Below, one piece after another: positions 1 through 8,827 of a DNA stretch of 64,000 bases (position 1 is the stretch's first letter; each line of letters begins with the position of its first letter). The stretch lies in the NCBI GenBank assembly GCA_046735395.1, contig JBJKQR010000047.1:50727-114726 (forward strand), read 5' to 3'. Source of the stretch: Fidelibacterota bacterium. Its GTDB lineage: Bacteria; Fidelibacterota; Fidelibacteria; Fidelibacterales; DSDE01. The position numbers and the translations under genes were made by a program. The notes beneath the pieces are model-generated. The model searched no databases, had not been told where the DNA came from, and saw nothing but the letters and a program-made list of their open reading frames with translations.

Positions 1-847
1 TGGGATCGAAGGAGAGCACCTGCTGAAACTGGAGATTGGCATTATCCAGATCATTCAGCTTGATATAGAGCAGGCCCAGATTGAAATACAGATCCTTTTC
101 CGTGGGGAAATTGACAATGGCATCCTTGTAGATCTGCGTGGCTTCGTCATATTTTCCGGCTTCGAACAGAAAAACGCCGAGATTTTCGATGTTTTTCAGG
201 TTTTCAGGATCATTTTTCACAGATTCGGTCAGAAGGGCAATTGCATCGTCTTTTCTGTCCATATCCACCAGATAGCGGGCTTTCAGTCCTTCCAGGTTGC
301 TTTTGGGCTCGACAGTCTTGAGGGCTTCATCGATGAAATCCAGAGCCTTATCCTTATCATCGGCGAGGTCATAATAGCAGCGTGCCAGCTGGACTGCCGT
401 ATTTTCATCCTTGGGATTGAAGATAAATGCGATACGAAAATCATCGATGGCCTTGCTGATGGCCTTGTCGCGATCGGTTGCTTCATCCTTCACAATGGCA
501 TTGTAATACTTTACGCCGTCATTATAGCGTGTTCCCCAGTTATATTTGAACTGATTTGCAATTTCTGTTTCAAACCTCGGCCCTCTCTGCAGGGACATAT
601 CGAGATATTTCTTGACCAGATCATATTTTTCCTGCTTCTGGTAGACATCGATTGCCAGAAGAAAGGGGACTTCAGGATTGGTAGGCTCGGTGTCGAGCGC
701 TTTCAGAAAATATTCCTCGGCTTTGGGGAGATTTTCCTGCTGTACGTACATCTTCGCGCTGGTGTATTCAGGAGAATTACAGCTCCAGAAAGCCAGAACG
801 GCAGTTAGGCTCACGATGCCCGTTAAAATGTGTTTTTTTACCTTCAT
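1..847 (-). CDS. TPR-repeat lipoprotein, partial (runs off window start)
   Basis: Not in ORF track; read manually from ATG at 847: MKVKKHILTGIVSLTAVLAFWSCNSPEYTSAKMYVQQENLPKAEEYFLKAL..., open to the window edge; lipobox FWSC; TPR-like helices (NLGVFLFEAGKYDEATQIYKDAI, YFNLGLLYIKLNDLDNA). Confidence 0.85.
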   Translation of the reverse strand, partial: MKVKKHILTGIVSLTAVLAFWSCNSPEYTSAKMYVQQENLPKAEEYFLKALDTEPTNPEVPFLLAIDVYQKQEKYDLVKKYLDMSLQRGPRFETEIANQFKYNWGTRYNDGVKYYNAIVKDEATDRDKAISKAIDDFRIAFIFNPKDENTAVQLARCYYDLADDKDKALDFIDEALKTVEPKSNLEGLKARYLVDMDRKDDAIALLTESVKNDPENLKNIENLGVFLFEAGKYDEATQIYKDAIVNFPTEKDLYFNLGLLYIKLNDLDNANLQFQQVLSFDP

Positions 848-951
848 TTCTTCCTCTTTTTTATGAGATATGAATATACGTATTAATCCGAAAAATTGAA
901 AGGGAACATCCGGTTTTGAGTTAAAATCGCGGAGCCTTCGGGCGGATGTGC

Positions 952-2739
952 CTATCTGTCGGCGGACAGATCCGAGATCATTTTTTCGGAATGATCCAGC
1001 TCAGTCAGCAGATCCTGTTTCTTCTCTGAAAAGTAATGTTCAAATCTGCCGAAAAGATCCCGGTAATACTGGATTCCTTCCTTCAGATTAGCGCGAAACT
1101 TTTCCAGGTATACTTCCTGCTTATCGTTCAGGGTCCGTCTGTGTTCGGCAAATCTGTCGGCCAGATAATTGGCGTATATCCGCAGTTCCTTGATGAATAC
1201 GTGAGGCCTGTCCTTTCTTTCGATGATATTTGTACGGCCATAGATATGATCGCACATTTCCGGAAGCGAGGAGGGTTTGGAAAAATAGGCCATATTGGGA
1301 CCCGGGCAGACAGACACGCCCGGCCCGAGGCCTTTGATATCCATATCGTTCACTATGTAGCCGGCAGTGCCCAGGCCTACGCAGATACATGCTTTTTCCA
1401 CGATTTTGTCATAGGCGGATTTGTATTCATCCTCAGGCAGCTGCAGGGTTTCCAGTTCCTTGATCTTCAGCGCCTGATACTGTCTGGAAGCAATACAGAT
1501 GCCTTTTTCTCCGAAATCGGTGTTCAGGCAGACGAATTTTTTCGGGCAGGGTGAGCCGGGCCGGTTGTTTTTGATCCACTCTTCCTTTTCCGCATCCTTG
1601 CTGTTGCCGCGCAGATTATTGAAGGGAACACCGAGGGGCGAAATGCCGCTGAGATAGAGGTCCTCTTCCCGGGCTTCACGCAGCTGCTTTCGTGTGTTTT
1701 CATCGACGGTGGTCACATCGGGAGCCAGCAGGAAGGGTGTGCCCCAGCCTATGGAGTCGAGTCCGTAATGGTCCATGAGAAATTCATGTTCACGCGCTGT
1801 TCCCACACCACCCTGGGCCGTAATTTTCAGTTCCGGTGCCCGGGCGGGAACCGTTTTACCCAGATTTTCCAATGCGGTTTTCAGCATACTCCACATCGTT
1901 TCGGTAAGATTTTCCCGGCTGTTTTTGAATTCTTCCAGAATGGGGCCCATCAGGTAACCGTCGGTGGCAAAGGCGTGGCCTCCGCAATTGAGCCCGGATT
2001 CTACGCGGAACTCGGAAACCCAGATCCCTTTTTTCGCAAGGAATTTGCCCTGAATGAGGGCGGAACGGTAATCGGAAACCTTGAGAATGACCTTTTTACG
2101 GATATCTCCCTCAGAATCAGGAAAGAAATCTTCGAAATTCTCCATATACCCGTAGAGCCGCGGATTCATGCCGGCTGACAGAACAATGGCCGCCCGCAGG
2201 TTACTCCGGGCGAATCCCCTGAGCGCCGCATGGGCATCGTTATATTCCGTGGGCAGGGGTTTGCCGTCCCGGTAATTGGTTCCGTCAACTTTGGTCATGA
2301 TGTTCACATCAATAGTGCCGGGCATGATGTGTTTGTGCAGCCAGGCACGGGTTTTTTCGGCCAGCGTGCCGTTCTGCAGCATTTCCATGAAATCCTTTCT
2401 CAGCTGAGATCCATCCGGAAGCATGTCGAAATATTTCTTCAGTTCGCTGCCGGTTTCATAGATGGAATTCCGGATTTCCTGCAGTTTTTCCGATACCAGC
2501 TTATCCAGCATATTGAGATAGGCCGTAATGCGCTTGGCCCGGAAGTCTTCGATTTTATCATGGATTTCCTGATAGGGAATATTGAACAGATTTGAATAAT
2601 GAGCCCGCAGTTTTTCCAGCAGAATATCGTCCACGAGAGAGACAACGGACGATATGCCGTAAGGGGCTGTCTTCAGTGGTGTTTCTGCCGTGAAGGCGAT
2701 TCCCATTACGGGAATGTGAAAAGAATGAATTGTCGTCAT
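952..2739 (-). CDS. Hypothetical protein, possible nitronate-monooxygenase/FabK-like FMN barrel with Cys-rich C-terminus
   Basis: 595-aa ORF; motifs HIPVMG, VLSAGM, VESGLNCGGHAF, AQGGVGT, IGWGTPFL resemble the NMO/FabK family; several C-terminal Cys. Confidence 0.6.
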   Translation of the reverse strand: MTTIHSFHIPVMGIAFTAETPLKTAPYGISSVVSLVDDILLEKLRAHYSNLFNIPYQEIHDKIEDFRAKRITAYLNMLDKLVSEKLQEIRNSIYETGSELKKYFDMLPDGSQLRKDFMEMLQNGTLAEKTRAWLHKHIMPGTIDVNIMTKVDGTNYRDGKPLPTEYNDAHAALRGFARSNLRAAIVLSAGMNPRLYGYMENFEDFFPDSEGDIRKKVILKVSDYRSALIQGKFLAKKGIWVSEFRVESGLNCGGHAFATDGYLMGPILEEFKNSRENLTETMWSMLKTALENLGKTVPARAPELKITAQGGVGTAREHEFLMDHYGLDSIGWGTPFLLAPDVTTVDENTRKQLREAREEDLYLSGISPLGVPFNNLRGNSKDAEKEEWIKNNRPGSPCPKKFVCLNTDFGEKGICIASRQYQALKIKELETLQLPEDEYKSAYDKIVEKACICVGLGTAGYIVNDMDIKGLGPGVSVCPGPNMAYFSKPSSLPEMCDHIYGRTNIIERKDRPHVFIKELRIYANYLADRFAEHRRTLNDKQEVYLEKFRANLKEGIQYYRDLFGRFEHYFSEKKQDLLTELDHSEKMISDLSADR

Positions 2740-2776
2740 ACTATAGTTCCTGTGTGTGAGTTAAACGGCTGCAGGC

Positions 2777-4330
2777 TCAATTTACTGCCTGCAGAATCAG
2801 GTACACGGAGGTGCCTGAATTTTCGGGATGCATGGTCTGGTCACGTGATTCAATCCGGACATCGCCTCCCATGGAGCGCAGCGTCTTCTGCACGAGCGGC
2901 ATGCCGAATCCGGTCCCTTTTTCTCCCATTGTTCCGGGACGGGTCGTGTGTGCGGACGGATCCCATAATTTTGTCAGCAGATCATCGGGAATACCGATTC
3001 CCTCATCTTTGATCATTAATTCTATCTTATCGCGCAGATGAGCTCTGGCATCAATTTCTATCTTTCCCCTGCTGGGTGAAAATTTAATGGCATTGCTGAT
3101 GACATTGTTCAGGGCATTGACGGACAGGGTCAGCGGATCCGCCAGGACCCGACAACAATCTATACCGGATCCCAGGACGCATTCGATTTCCTTTTCTTCC
3201 ATTCTGAAACGGAAATCCCGCAGCATGCTTTCAATAACCGGAGCCAGTTCGATTGGCTGAAGTTCCGGCCTGTATTTCCCGGATTCAAGCGCCAGCTGTT
3301 CCCGGACCAGATCGATGATGTGGTCCTGCTGTTCGGCTGATTCACGAATATAGGTGGCCATATTGCGGACGCTTCCGTTCAGATTGTCCTCCATGAGGAT
3401 GAGATCCGTATAGCCGAAAATGGACGTGATATAATTTTTCAGATCGTGACTGAGCACCCGGAGCAGGCTTTCCTTGTCATCCGACAGCCGTTTCAGCGCC
3501 GTATTTCTTTTTTCCAGGGTTTTAGACAGATTGGCAACCCGGCTCAGGGCCGTCATGATGTGCGCCAGAACTGCCAGGATGAGCAGCGCCGACAACATGG
3601 TGATGAAATTCGCAATGAGCCAGCCATGAACAGAGAAGGGAAAATAGGAGACCATCTGAATGAGGTCCTTACCGTCCAGATCCTTCAGATTATGGCTGCG
3701 GCTTGAAAAACCGTCTATCTTTTCAGGAGCTGCACCGAGGGCTGCAAATCGGACCGGAAATCCGGTGACCGTGCTGATGTTATCGGCCAGGCTGTCCGAA
3801 AGCAGTTTATAAAAGAGCACGTAGAAATTTCCGCTGTCTGCCGCGACCGGCACGATGGAATAGAGAACCGTATTCAGGGAAACGGGGCAGGTATGAATGC
3901 CCTGAAGCTCCGCATCCCGGTTCAGGCAGACTTCCAGTCCCTCCAGAGCGATATCATCACCCTTACCCTGAATCAGTACGTGATCCTTGTTTACCAGCAT
4001 AATTCCGTCAACCAGATTATCTTCATATGCATATACGGGAATGTCCCGGGTGATATTCCGGCCCTCCACTTCGGCGCGGAGCTCTTCTTCGTTGCTGGCA
4101 ACGAAGCTTTTCAGCAGATAGGTGATCTGCTTGTGGACTTCATTGAAATAATTTATCTGAATCGCGACGATTTTGTTGCTTTCCATCCGGGCCGCGCGCA
4201 GCGTACGCAGGAACATGATGAAGATGCTGAAGGCCGTGAGGGCGATGATGATAAGGGCGATTCGGCGGAGTTTTTTAATATTTTTTATACTGCTGTCCAT
4301 CAGGACGGAAATTACCGAAGCCATTTTCAT
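2777..4330 (-). CDS. Membrane sensor histidine kinase (orphan)
   Basis: Two TM segments; H-box LSHDLKN; N-box NVISNAIKFS; G boxes DEGIGI and GEKGTGFGM. Confidence 0.92.
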   Translation of the reverse strand: MKMASVISVLMDSSIKNIKKLRRIALIIIALTAFSIFIMFLRTLRAARMESNKIVAIQINYFNEVHKQITYLLKSFVASNEEELRAEVEGRNITRDIPVYAYEDNLVDGIMLVNKDHVLIQGKGDDIALEGLEVCLNRDAELQGIHTCPVSLNTVLYSIVPVAADSGNFYVLFYKLLSDSLADNISTVTGFPVRFAALGAAPEKIDGFSSRSHNLKDLDGKDLIQMVSYFPFSVHGWLIANFITMLSALLILAVLAHIMTALSRVANLSKTLEKRNTALKRLSDDKESLLRVLSHDLKNYITSIFGYTDLILMEDNLNGSVRNMATYIRESAEQQDHIIDLVREQLALESGKYRPELQPIELAPVIESMLRDFRFRMEEKEIECVLGSGIDCCRVLADPLTLSVNALNNVISNAIKFSPSRGKIEIDARAHLRDKIELMIKDEGIGIPDDLLTKLWDPSAHTTRPGTMGEKGTGFGMPLVQKTLRSMGGDVRIESRDQTMHPENSGTSVYLILQAVN

Positions 4331-4431
4331 AAATCAATGCCATATTACCCTAAGATACATGGAAAGTCCGGGCATGATTATCAGATTGTGAAAAATTGTA
4401 CCGAATTTATCCCATTTTATGGGGAAGGAAA

Positions 4432-5457
4432 TTATTCCGCGGGCCAGCAGCGCCGGCTGAGTTCCTCAAGATTTCCGCTGTCACCGCTTCCGATCCAAAG
4501 GGCCAGTTCCCGGGCAACATTCACGTAATTCTGGGGCTGGATCGCATCGGCATTCAGAAAGCGGGCAACACTGTCCGGGTCGAGAGTGGACATGGACCAG
4601 CCCAGGTTTTTTTCCGTGAGGGCGAGGGCGTTGCTTTCCTGTTCCAGCTGCCCTTTCAGAGGTTTGACCAGCAGTTTTTTTCCGATGTGCAGCGCTTCTC
4701 CGGGCAATTCGAAGCCGGCATTGCAGATGACACCGGAACAGTGTTTCAGGTCATGAAGGAAGCCGTTGCGGGAGGGGCTGCAAAACTCGATATTCGGAAC
4801 CGGTTCAGCGAGGTTTCCGGATCCATAAACAATAAACTTGTGTTCAGGAAAGGGCTGCAGCAGCGCCCGGACATCTTCAGCGGATTCGAAACTTAGGTAG
4901 ACCAGAATGAAATTGTCATCGCGGATATCCGGCGCATTCAGAAGGGCCGGTGGGACGACGGGAGGCAGGATGGGGGAATTGAAGGGATGCCAGTGGAGCC
5001 CGATGGGAATATCCACAGGGGCAAAGCTTCGCAGCAGTCCCCGTGACAGGAGATCGCCGCTGCTTGTGGGGATGGGATAGCGGAATGCGTACTGATGGCC
5101 GATTCCGATGACGCTGCGCTGCTGTCGGGGCGCGGCCCAGGCGATAACCGGTTCGTAATCGGAAATAATGACATCGTAGGGTCTGAGATCCAGATTCCGG
5201 ATGTCGCTGAAGAACTGCAGCGGTTTCAGTCCGATCAGAGTCTTAAATACGCGAATCCGGCCATTTTCGGTGGCGAATGTGAAACCGTCCTTAACGGAAT
5301 AGGGGCGCAACTCTTCCACGTCCCAGAGCTCGTTTTCCTTTCTGCCACTGAAGAGCACGGAAACCTGGTGTCCTGCGAGCTTCAGTTCTCTGACAAGTTC
5401 GCGGCTGCGGCTGATATGGCCGTTGCCCGTTGCCTGTACGCCGTATAAAATATTCAT
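4432..5457 (-). CDS. MJ1255/VC2487-family GT-B glycosyltransferase
   Basis: Start reassigned to ATG 5457 (MNILYGVQATGNGHISRS); motifs ISDYEP, IGIGHQY, NAGFELPGEAL, PLKGQLEQESNA. Confidence 0.88.
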   Translation of the reverse strand: MNILYGVQATGNGHISRSRELVRELKLAGHQVSVLFSGRKENELWDVEELRPYSVKDGFTFATENGRIRVFKTLIGLKPLQFFSDIRNLDLRPYDVIISDYEPVIAWAAPRQQRSVIGIGHQYAFRYPIPTSSGDLLSRGLLRSFAPVDIPIGLHWHPFNSPILPPVVPPALLNAPDIRDDNFILVYLSFESAEDVRALLQPFPEHKFIVYGSGNLAEPVPNIEFCSPSRNGFLHDLKHCSGVICNAGFELPGEALHIGKKLLVKPLKGQLEQESNALALTEKNLGWSMSTLDPDSVARFLNADAIQPQNYVNVARELALWIGSGDSGNLEELSRRCWPAE

Positions 5458-5458
5458 A

Positions 5459-5983
5459 TCAGATTCCTGTGATGAGTATGGCTGCATGAGCGGAAACCAG
5501 TCCCAGCGCCATGCCGGCCAGAATATCCGAGGGATAGTGTACGCCGAGGTAAACCCGTGAGAAGCCGACAGAGAGGGCCCAGGCCAGAGCCGGAAGAAAG
5601 AAAATCGGGTTGAGGGCACTCAGGAAGACGAGCATAACGAATGCGGCGGCCGTATGTCCGCTGGGAAAACTGAATTCATCAGAAGGGACGGTAAAGTTCA
5701 CGATGTTCAGAGGCCCGGCAAAAGGGCGCAGGCGGCGGACATTCTTTTTAATGAGTTTGTAGAGACTTAATTCAATGATGAATGCGAGAAAAATGGTTTC
5801 CATAAACGGCAGGATTGACTGCACATTCAGCTGGAGAGGAAGCAGAATCAGGATGAGAGGATAAAAGTATCCGTCACCGCTGAAGGAAATGGAGCGAATA
5901 ATTTTATTCAGCATTCGCCGTCGCAATTTCATAACTTTCAGTATCAGCATGAAATCCCAGTATTGGATTGTCAGCTTTTCCAT
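5459..5983 (-). CDS. PAP2-family membrane lipid phosphatase
   Basis: Motifs KKNVRRLRP, SFPSGH, SRVYLGVHYPSD; hydrophobic segments. Confidence 0.92.
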   Translation of the reverse strand: MEKLTIQYWDFMLILKVMKLRRRMLNKIIRSISFSGDGYFYPLILILLPLQLNVQSILPFMETIFLAFIIELSLYKLIKKNVRRLRPFAGPLNIVNFTVPSDEFSFPSGHTAAAFVMLVFLSALNPIFFLPALAWALSVGFSRVYLGVHYPSDILAGMALGLVSAHAAILITGI

Positions 5984-6112
5984 GATTTCTCCTTTTTCAT
6001 GGCCCGAATTTCCCTATGTTATGTTAGGGTTTGATAAGGACAGTATTTGAAAAAGGTTATTTCATTTTACTCAGCTGCAGCCGGAACAGATCCTTTTTAT
6101 GAACAGTCTGAT

Positions 6113-6146
6113 TTCTAATATAATTCTAACAAAAATCCTTTATATT
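6113..6146 (+). promoter_or_regulatory. Pho-box-like 11-bp-period direct repeat followed by a -10 element
   Basis: TTCTAATA (6113-6120) and TTCTAACA (6124-6131), then TATATT (6141-6146) upstream of the response regulator. Confidence 0.5.
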
Positions 6147-6154
6147 CATGGTAA

Positions 6155-6859
6155 ATGAAAGCAAAAATGACAAAATCAGCGAATATTTTAGTGATTGAGG
6201 ATGAGGATGATATCCGCAAACTCATCGAATATTATCTGAAGACGGAAGGCTATACGGTAGTGACGGCCGATAATGGCGAAGCCGGGCTGGAAAAGGTGCG
6301 GCAGGAGAAGCCGGATCTGCTGGTTCTGGATCTCATGCTGCCGGGCCTGGACGGCCGTGATATCTGCCGGATTCTGAAGGCGGATTCCCGGACACTTGAT
6401 CTGCCCATTGTCATGCTGACGGCCCGCAGCTCGGATGATGATATCGTGGAAGGACTGGAAATCGGGGCGGATGACTACATCACAAAACCCTTCAGTCCCA
6501 AAGTGCTCATCGCCCGGATCCGGAAAATTCTGGACAACGGCGGCGGCGGATCCCGAAGCGAGGATCTGATCCGCCACGGGGATCTTGAAGTGAATTACCG
6601 GAACCGGGACCTGTCCATCGCATCGCAGAAAATAGATCTGACCTATACGGAATTTGAAATGCTGTACCTGTTTATCTCCCATCCCGGGCAGGTCTTCAGC
6701 CGCTTCGAAATCGTCAATGCCATCAAAGGCGACAATTATATTGTGACCGACCGGACCATCGACTTTCAGATGGTCGGTCTCCGTAAAAAACTTGGTTCCT
6801 ATGCACGCTTACTCAAAACCGTTCGCGGAGCCGGGTACAAATTTCAGGCAGATGAATGA
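6155..6859 (+). CDS. phoB: OmpR/PhoB-family response regulator (PhoB/PhoP-like)
   Basis: Receiver (IEDE, LDLMLPGLDG, GADDYITKPF) plus winged helix (RTID, KTVRGAGY); ATGA overlap with the kinase gene; start may be ATG 6167. Confidence 0.8.
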   Translation: MKAKMTKSANILVIEDEDDIRKLIEYYLKTEGYTVVTADNGEAGLEKVRQEKPDLLVLDLMLPGLDGRDICRILKADSRTLDLPIVMLTARSSDDDIVEGLEIGADDYITKPFSPKVLIARIRKILDNGGGGSRSEDLIRHGDLEVNYRNRDLSIASQKIDLTYTEFEMLYLFISHPGQVFSRFEIVNAIKGDNYIVTDRTIDFQMVGLRKKLGSYARLLKTVRGAGYKFQADE

Positions 6860-8628
6860 AACGGCGCGGACTGATTTTCTGGATACTTCTTCCCTGGATG
6901 CTGCTGATGCTGGCCGGATCGCTCATCTTCCGAACGGTGAGTATCCGGAATTTTGAATCCTTTGTAGATGCCCGCACGGAACTCAATCTGAAAAACCATG
7001 CCGCGTATCTGGAAAGACTGCTGGTACAGGTTCAGCCTCCGTTTCTGGATGCGGACGAGACGGCCCTGCTTACTGAGTACAGGACCGCGATGGGTATCCG
7101 GATTACGCTTGTCACAGCGGACGGCCGAGTATTCTATGATTCGCATGAAGATGCAAAGAACATGGATTTTCACGGGGACCGCCCCGAAATCGTTGATGCG
7201 GTCCGCAGCGGGGAGGGACAGAGCAATATCCGCTACAGCTATACCCTGGGAAAGGAGCTGATGTATCTGGCGCTGCCGGTTAAACGGGACGGCCGGATGG
7301 CATTTCTGATCCGAGTTTCCTCGCCGCTGGTTGATATTGAGGGAAGTATACGTGATTTTGACCGGCAGATCAGCCTCAGCTTTCTGCTCATTCTCTGCGC
7401 TCTGATCCTTTTTTCCTATCTGGTGAGCCGTCGTATCAGCCGGCCGCTTGAATTGATACGCGGAGGGGCGGAACGCCTGGCGGAAGGAGACTTCAGCACG
7501 GTTCTCCCGGAAACAGGTGCCTGGGAAATCCGCAATCTGGCCGCCAGCTTCAATCACATGGCCCGGGATCTTCAGGCCACCATCAAACGTCTGTCAGAGC
7601 GGTCCAATGACATGAACATGCTCCTGTCCAGCATGAAGGAAGTGGTCATCGCCATCGACCGGAAACAGCGCGTGCTCTGGATCAATGATGTCGCGGCCCT
7701 GACCTTCAAGCTCGATCCTCAGAAGAGTATCGGTGAGTACCTTTTCAATCACCTGCGTGAACCCGATATCATCACCTTCGTCCGGAATTCCATGAAGGAC
7801 AGCGCCTACGCGGAAGAAAAGATCTCCTTTGTGAGTATTCCGGAACATCAGTTCATTATTTCCTCAGCCCCCGTCATCAATGCGGAACAGCGGCCGGTGG
7901 GCCTGATTCTCGTTATTCGCGACATTACCCGTCTGGAAAATCTCGAACAGGTCCGCAAGGAGTTTGTATCCAATGTGTCACATGAACTGAAGACACCCAT
8001 CACCACAATACAGGGCTATGCGGAAGCGCTTCAGGATCGGGATCTGAAGGATGAGGCCATGCGGCAGGACTTCGTCGCGATTATTCTGAAGACCGCGAGA
8101 CGCATGAATTCTATTGTCAATGATCTCATTGACCTGGCGCGCCTGGACCGGAACGAAAACAGCGAGCTGGAACTTCAGGACGTGCCCGTGGCAGATTTTC
8201 TGACTATGGCCGTCACGGATCTGCAGCCCCTCGCGGATGAAAAGCATATTACGATTCAAATACAGGTTCAGAACGGCCTGATGGCCCGAATCAATTCGGA
8301 TCTGATGCGGCAGGCTCTGGAAAACATTCTCGTCAATGCAATCAAATACAGCAACGAGGGAACAAAGGTGAGCCTCAGCGCCAGCGAAGGTTCGGACAAT
8401 GAGCTCGTATTGAGTGTGGAGGATGAGGGCATCGGGATTCCGCGGGAGGCACTTCCCCGTATCTTCGAGCGTTTTTACCGCGTGGACAAGGCGCGAAGCC
8501 GTAAAGAAGGCGGGACCGGCCTGGGGCTTTCCATCTGCAAGCATATCGTGATCGCCCATCGGGGACGGATTACGGTGGACAGTACCCTGGGAAAGGGCAG
8601 CTGTTTCAGGATTACCCTGCCGCAGTGA
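6856..8628 (+). CDS. phoR: PhoR-like sensor histidine kinase (Cache-HAMP-PAS-HisKA-HATPase)
   Basis: PhoR-typical motifs RKEFVSNVSHELKTP, RIFERFYRVDKARSR, GGTGLGLSI; periplasmic HGDRPEI...IRYSYTLG. Confidence 0.85.
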   Translation: MKRRGLIFWILLPWMLLMLAGSLIFRTVSIRNFESFVDARTELNLKNHAAYLERLLVQVQPPFLDADETALLTEYRTAMGIRITLVTADGRVFYDSHEDAKNMDFHGDRPEIVDAVRSGEGQSNIRYSYTLGKELMYLALPVKRDGRMAFLIRVSSPLVDIEGSIRDFDRQISLSFLLILCALILFSYLVSRRISRPLELIRGGAERLAEGDFSTVLPETGAWEIRNLAASFNHMARDLQATIKRLSERSNDMNMLLSSMKEVVIAIDRKQRVLWINDVAALTFKLDPQKSIGEYLFNHLREPDIITFVRNSMKDSAYAEEKISFVSIPEHQFIISSAPVINAEQRPVGLILVIRDITRLENLEQVRKEFVSNVSHELKTPITTIQGYAEALQDRDLKDEAMRQDFVAIILKTARRMNSIVNDLIDLARLDRNENSELELQDVPVADFLTMAVTDLQPLADEKHITIQIQVQNGLMARINSDLMRQALENILVNAIKYSNEGTKVSLSASEGSDNELVLSVEDEGIGIPREALPRIFERFYRVDKARSRKEGGTGLGLSICKHIVIAHRGRITVDSTLGKGSCFRITLPQ

Positions 8629-8752
8629 ATGACCGTCTGATTTAATTCTTGCACATTATTCTACATTAGACAATTCGCGAGTTTTGCTGTCCGGAAGAGG
8701 GTGGCTCTGGTTTTGAACTAAATGGCAACACTGCGTCCCCTAAGAAAAAATA

Positions 8753-8781
8753 TTGAATTCAGAAAGCAGTTTGGTTATAAT
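8753..8781 (+). promoter_or_regulatory. sigma70-type promoter
   Basis: TTGAAT-17 nt-TATAAT upstream of the GGAG RBS and ATG 8828. Confidence 0.65.
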
Positions 8782-8827
8782 ATCTGATTACAATTGGGTT
8801 GATTAACCGTTTAAACCGGAGTAAGAA

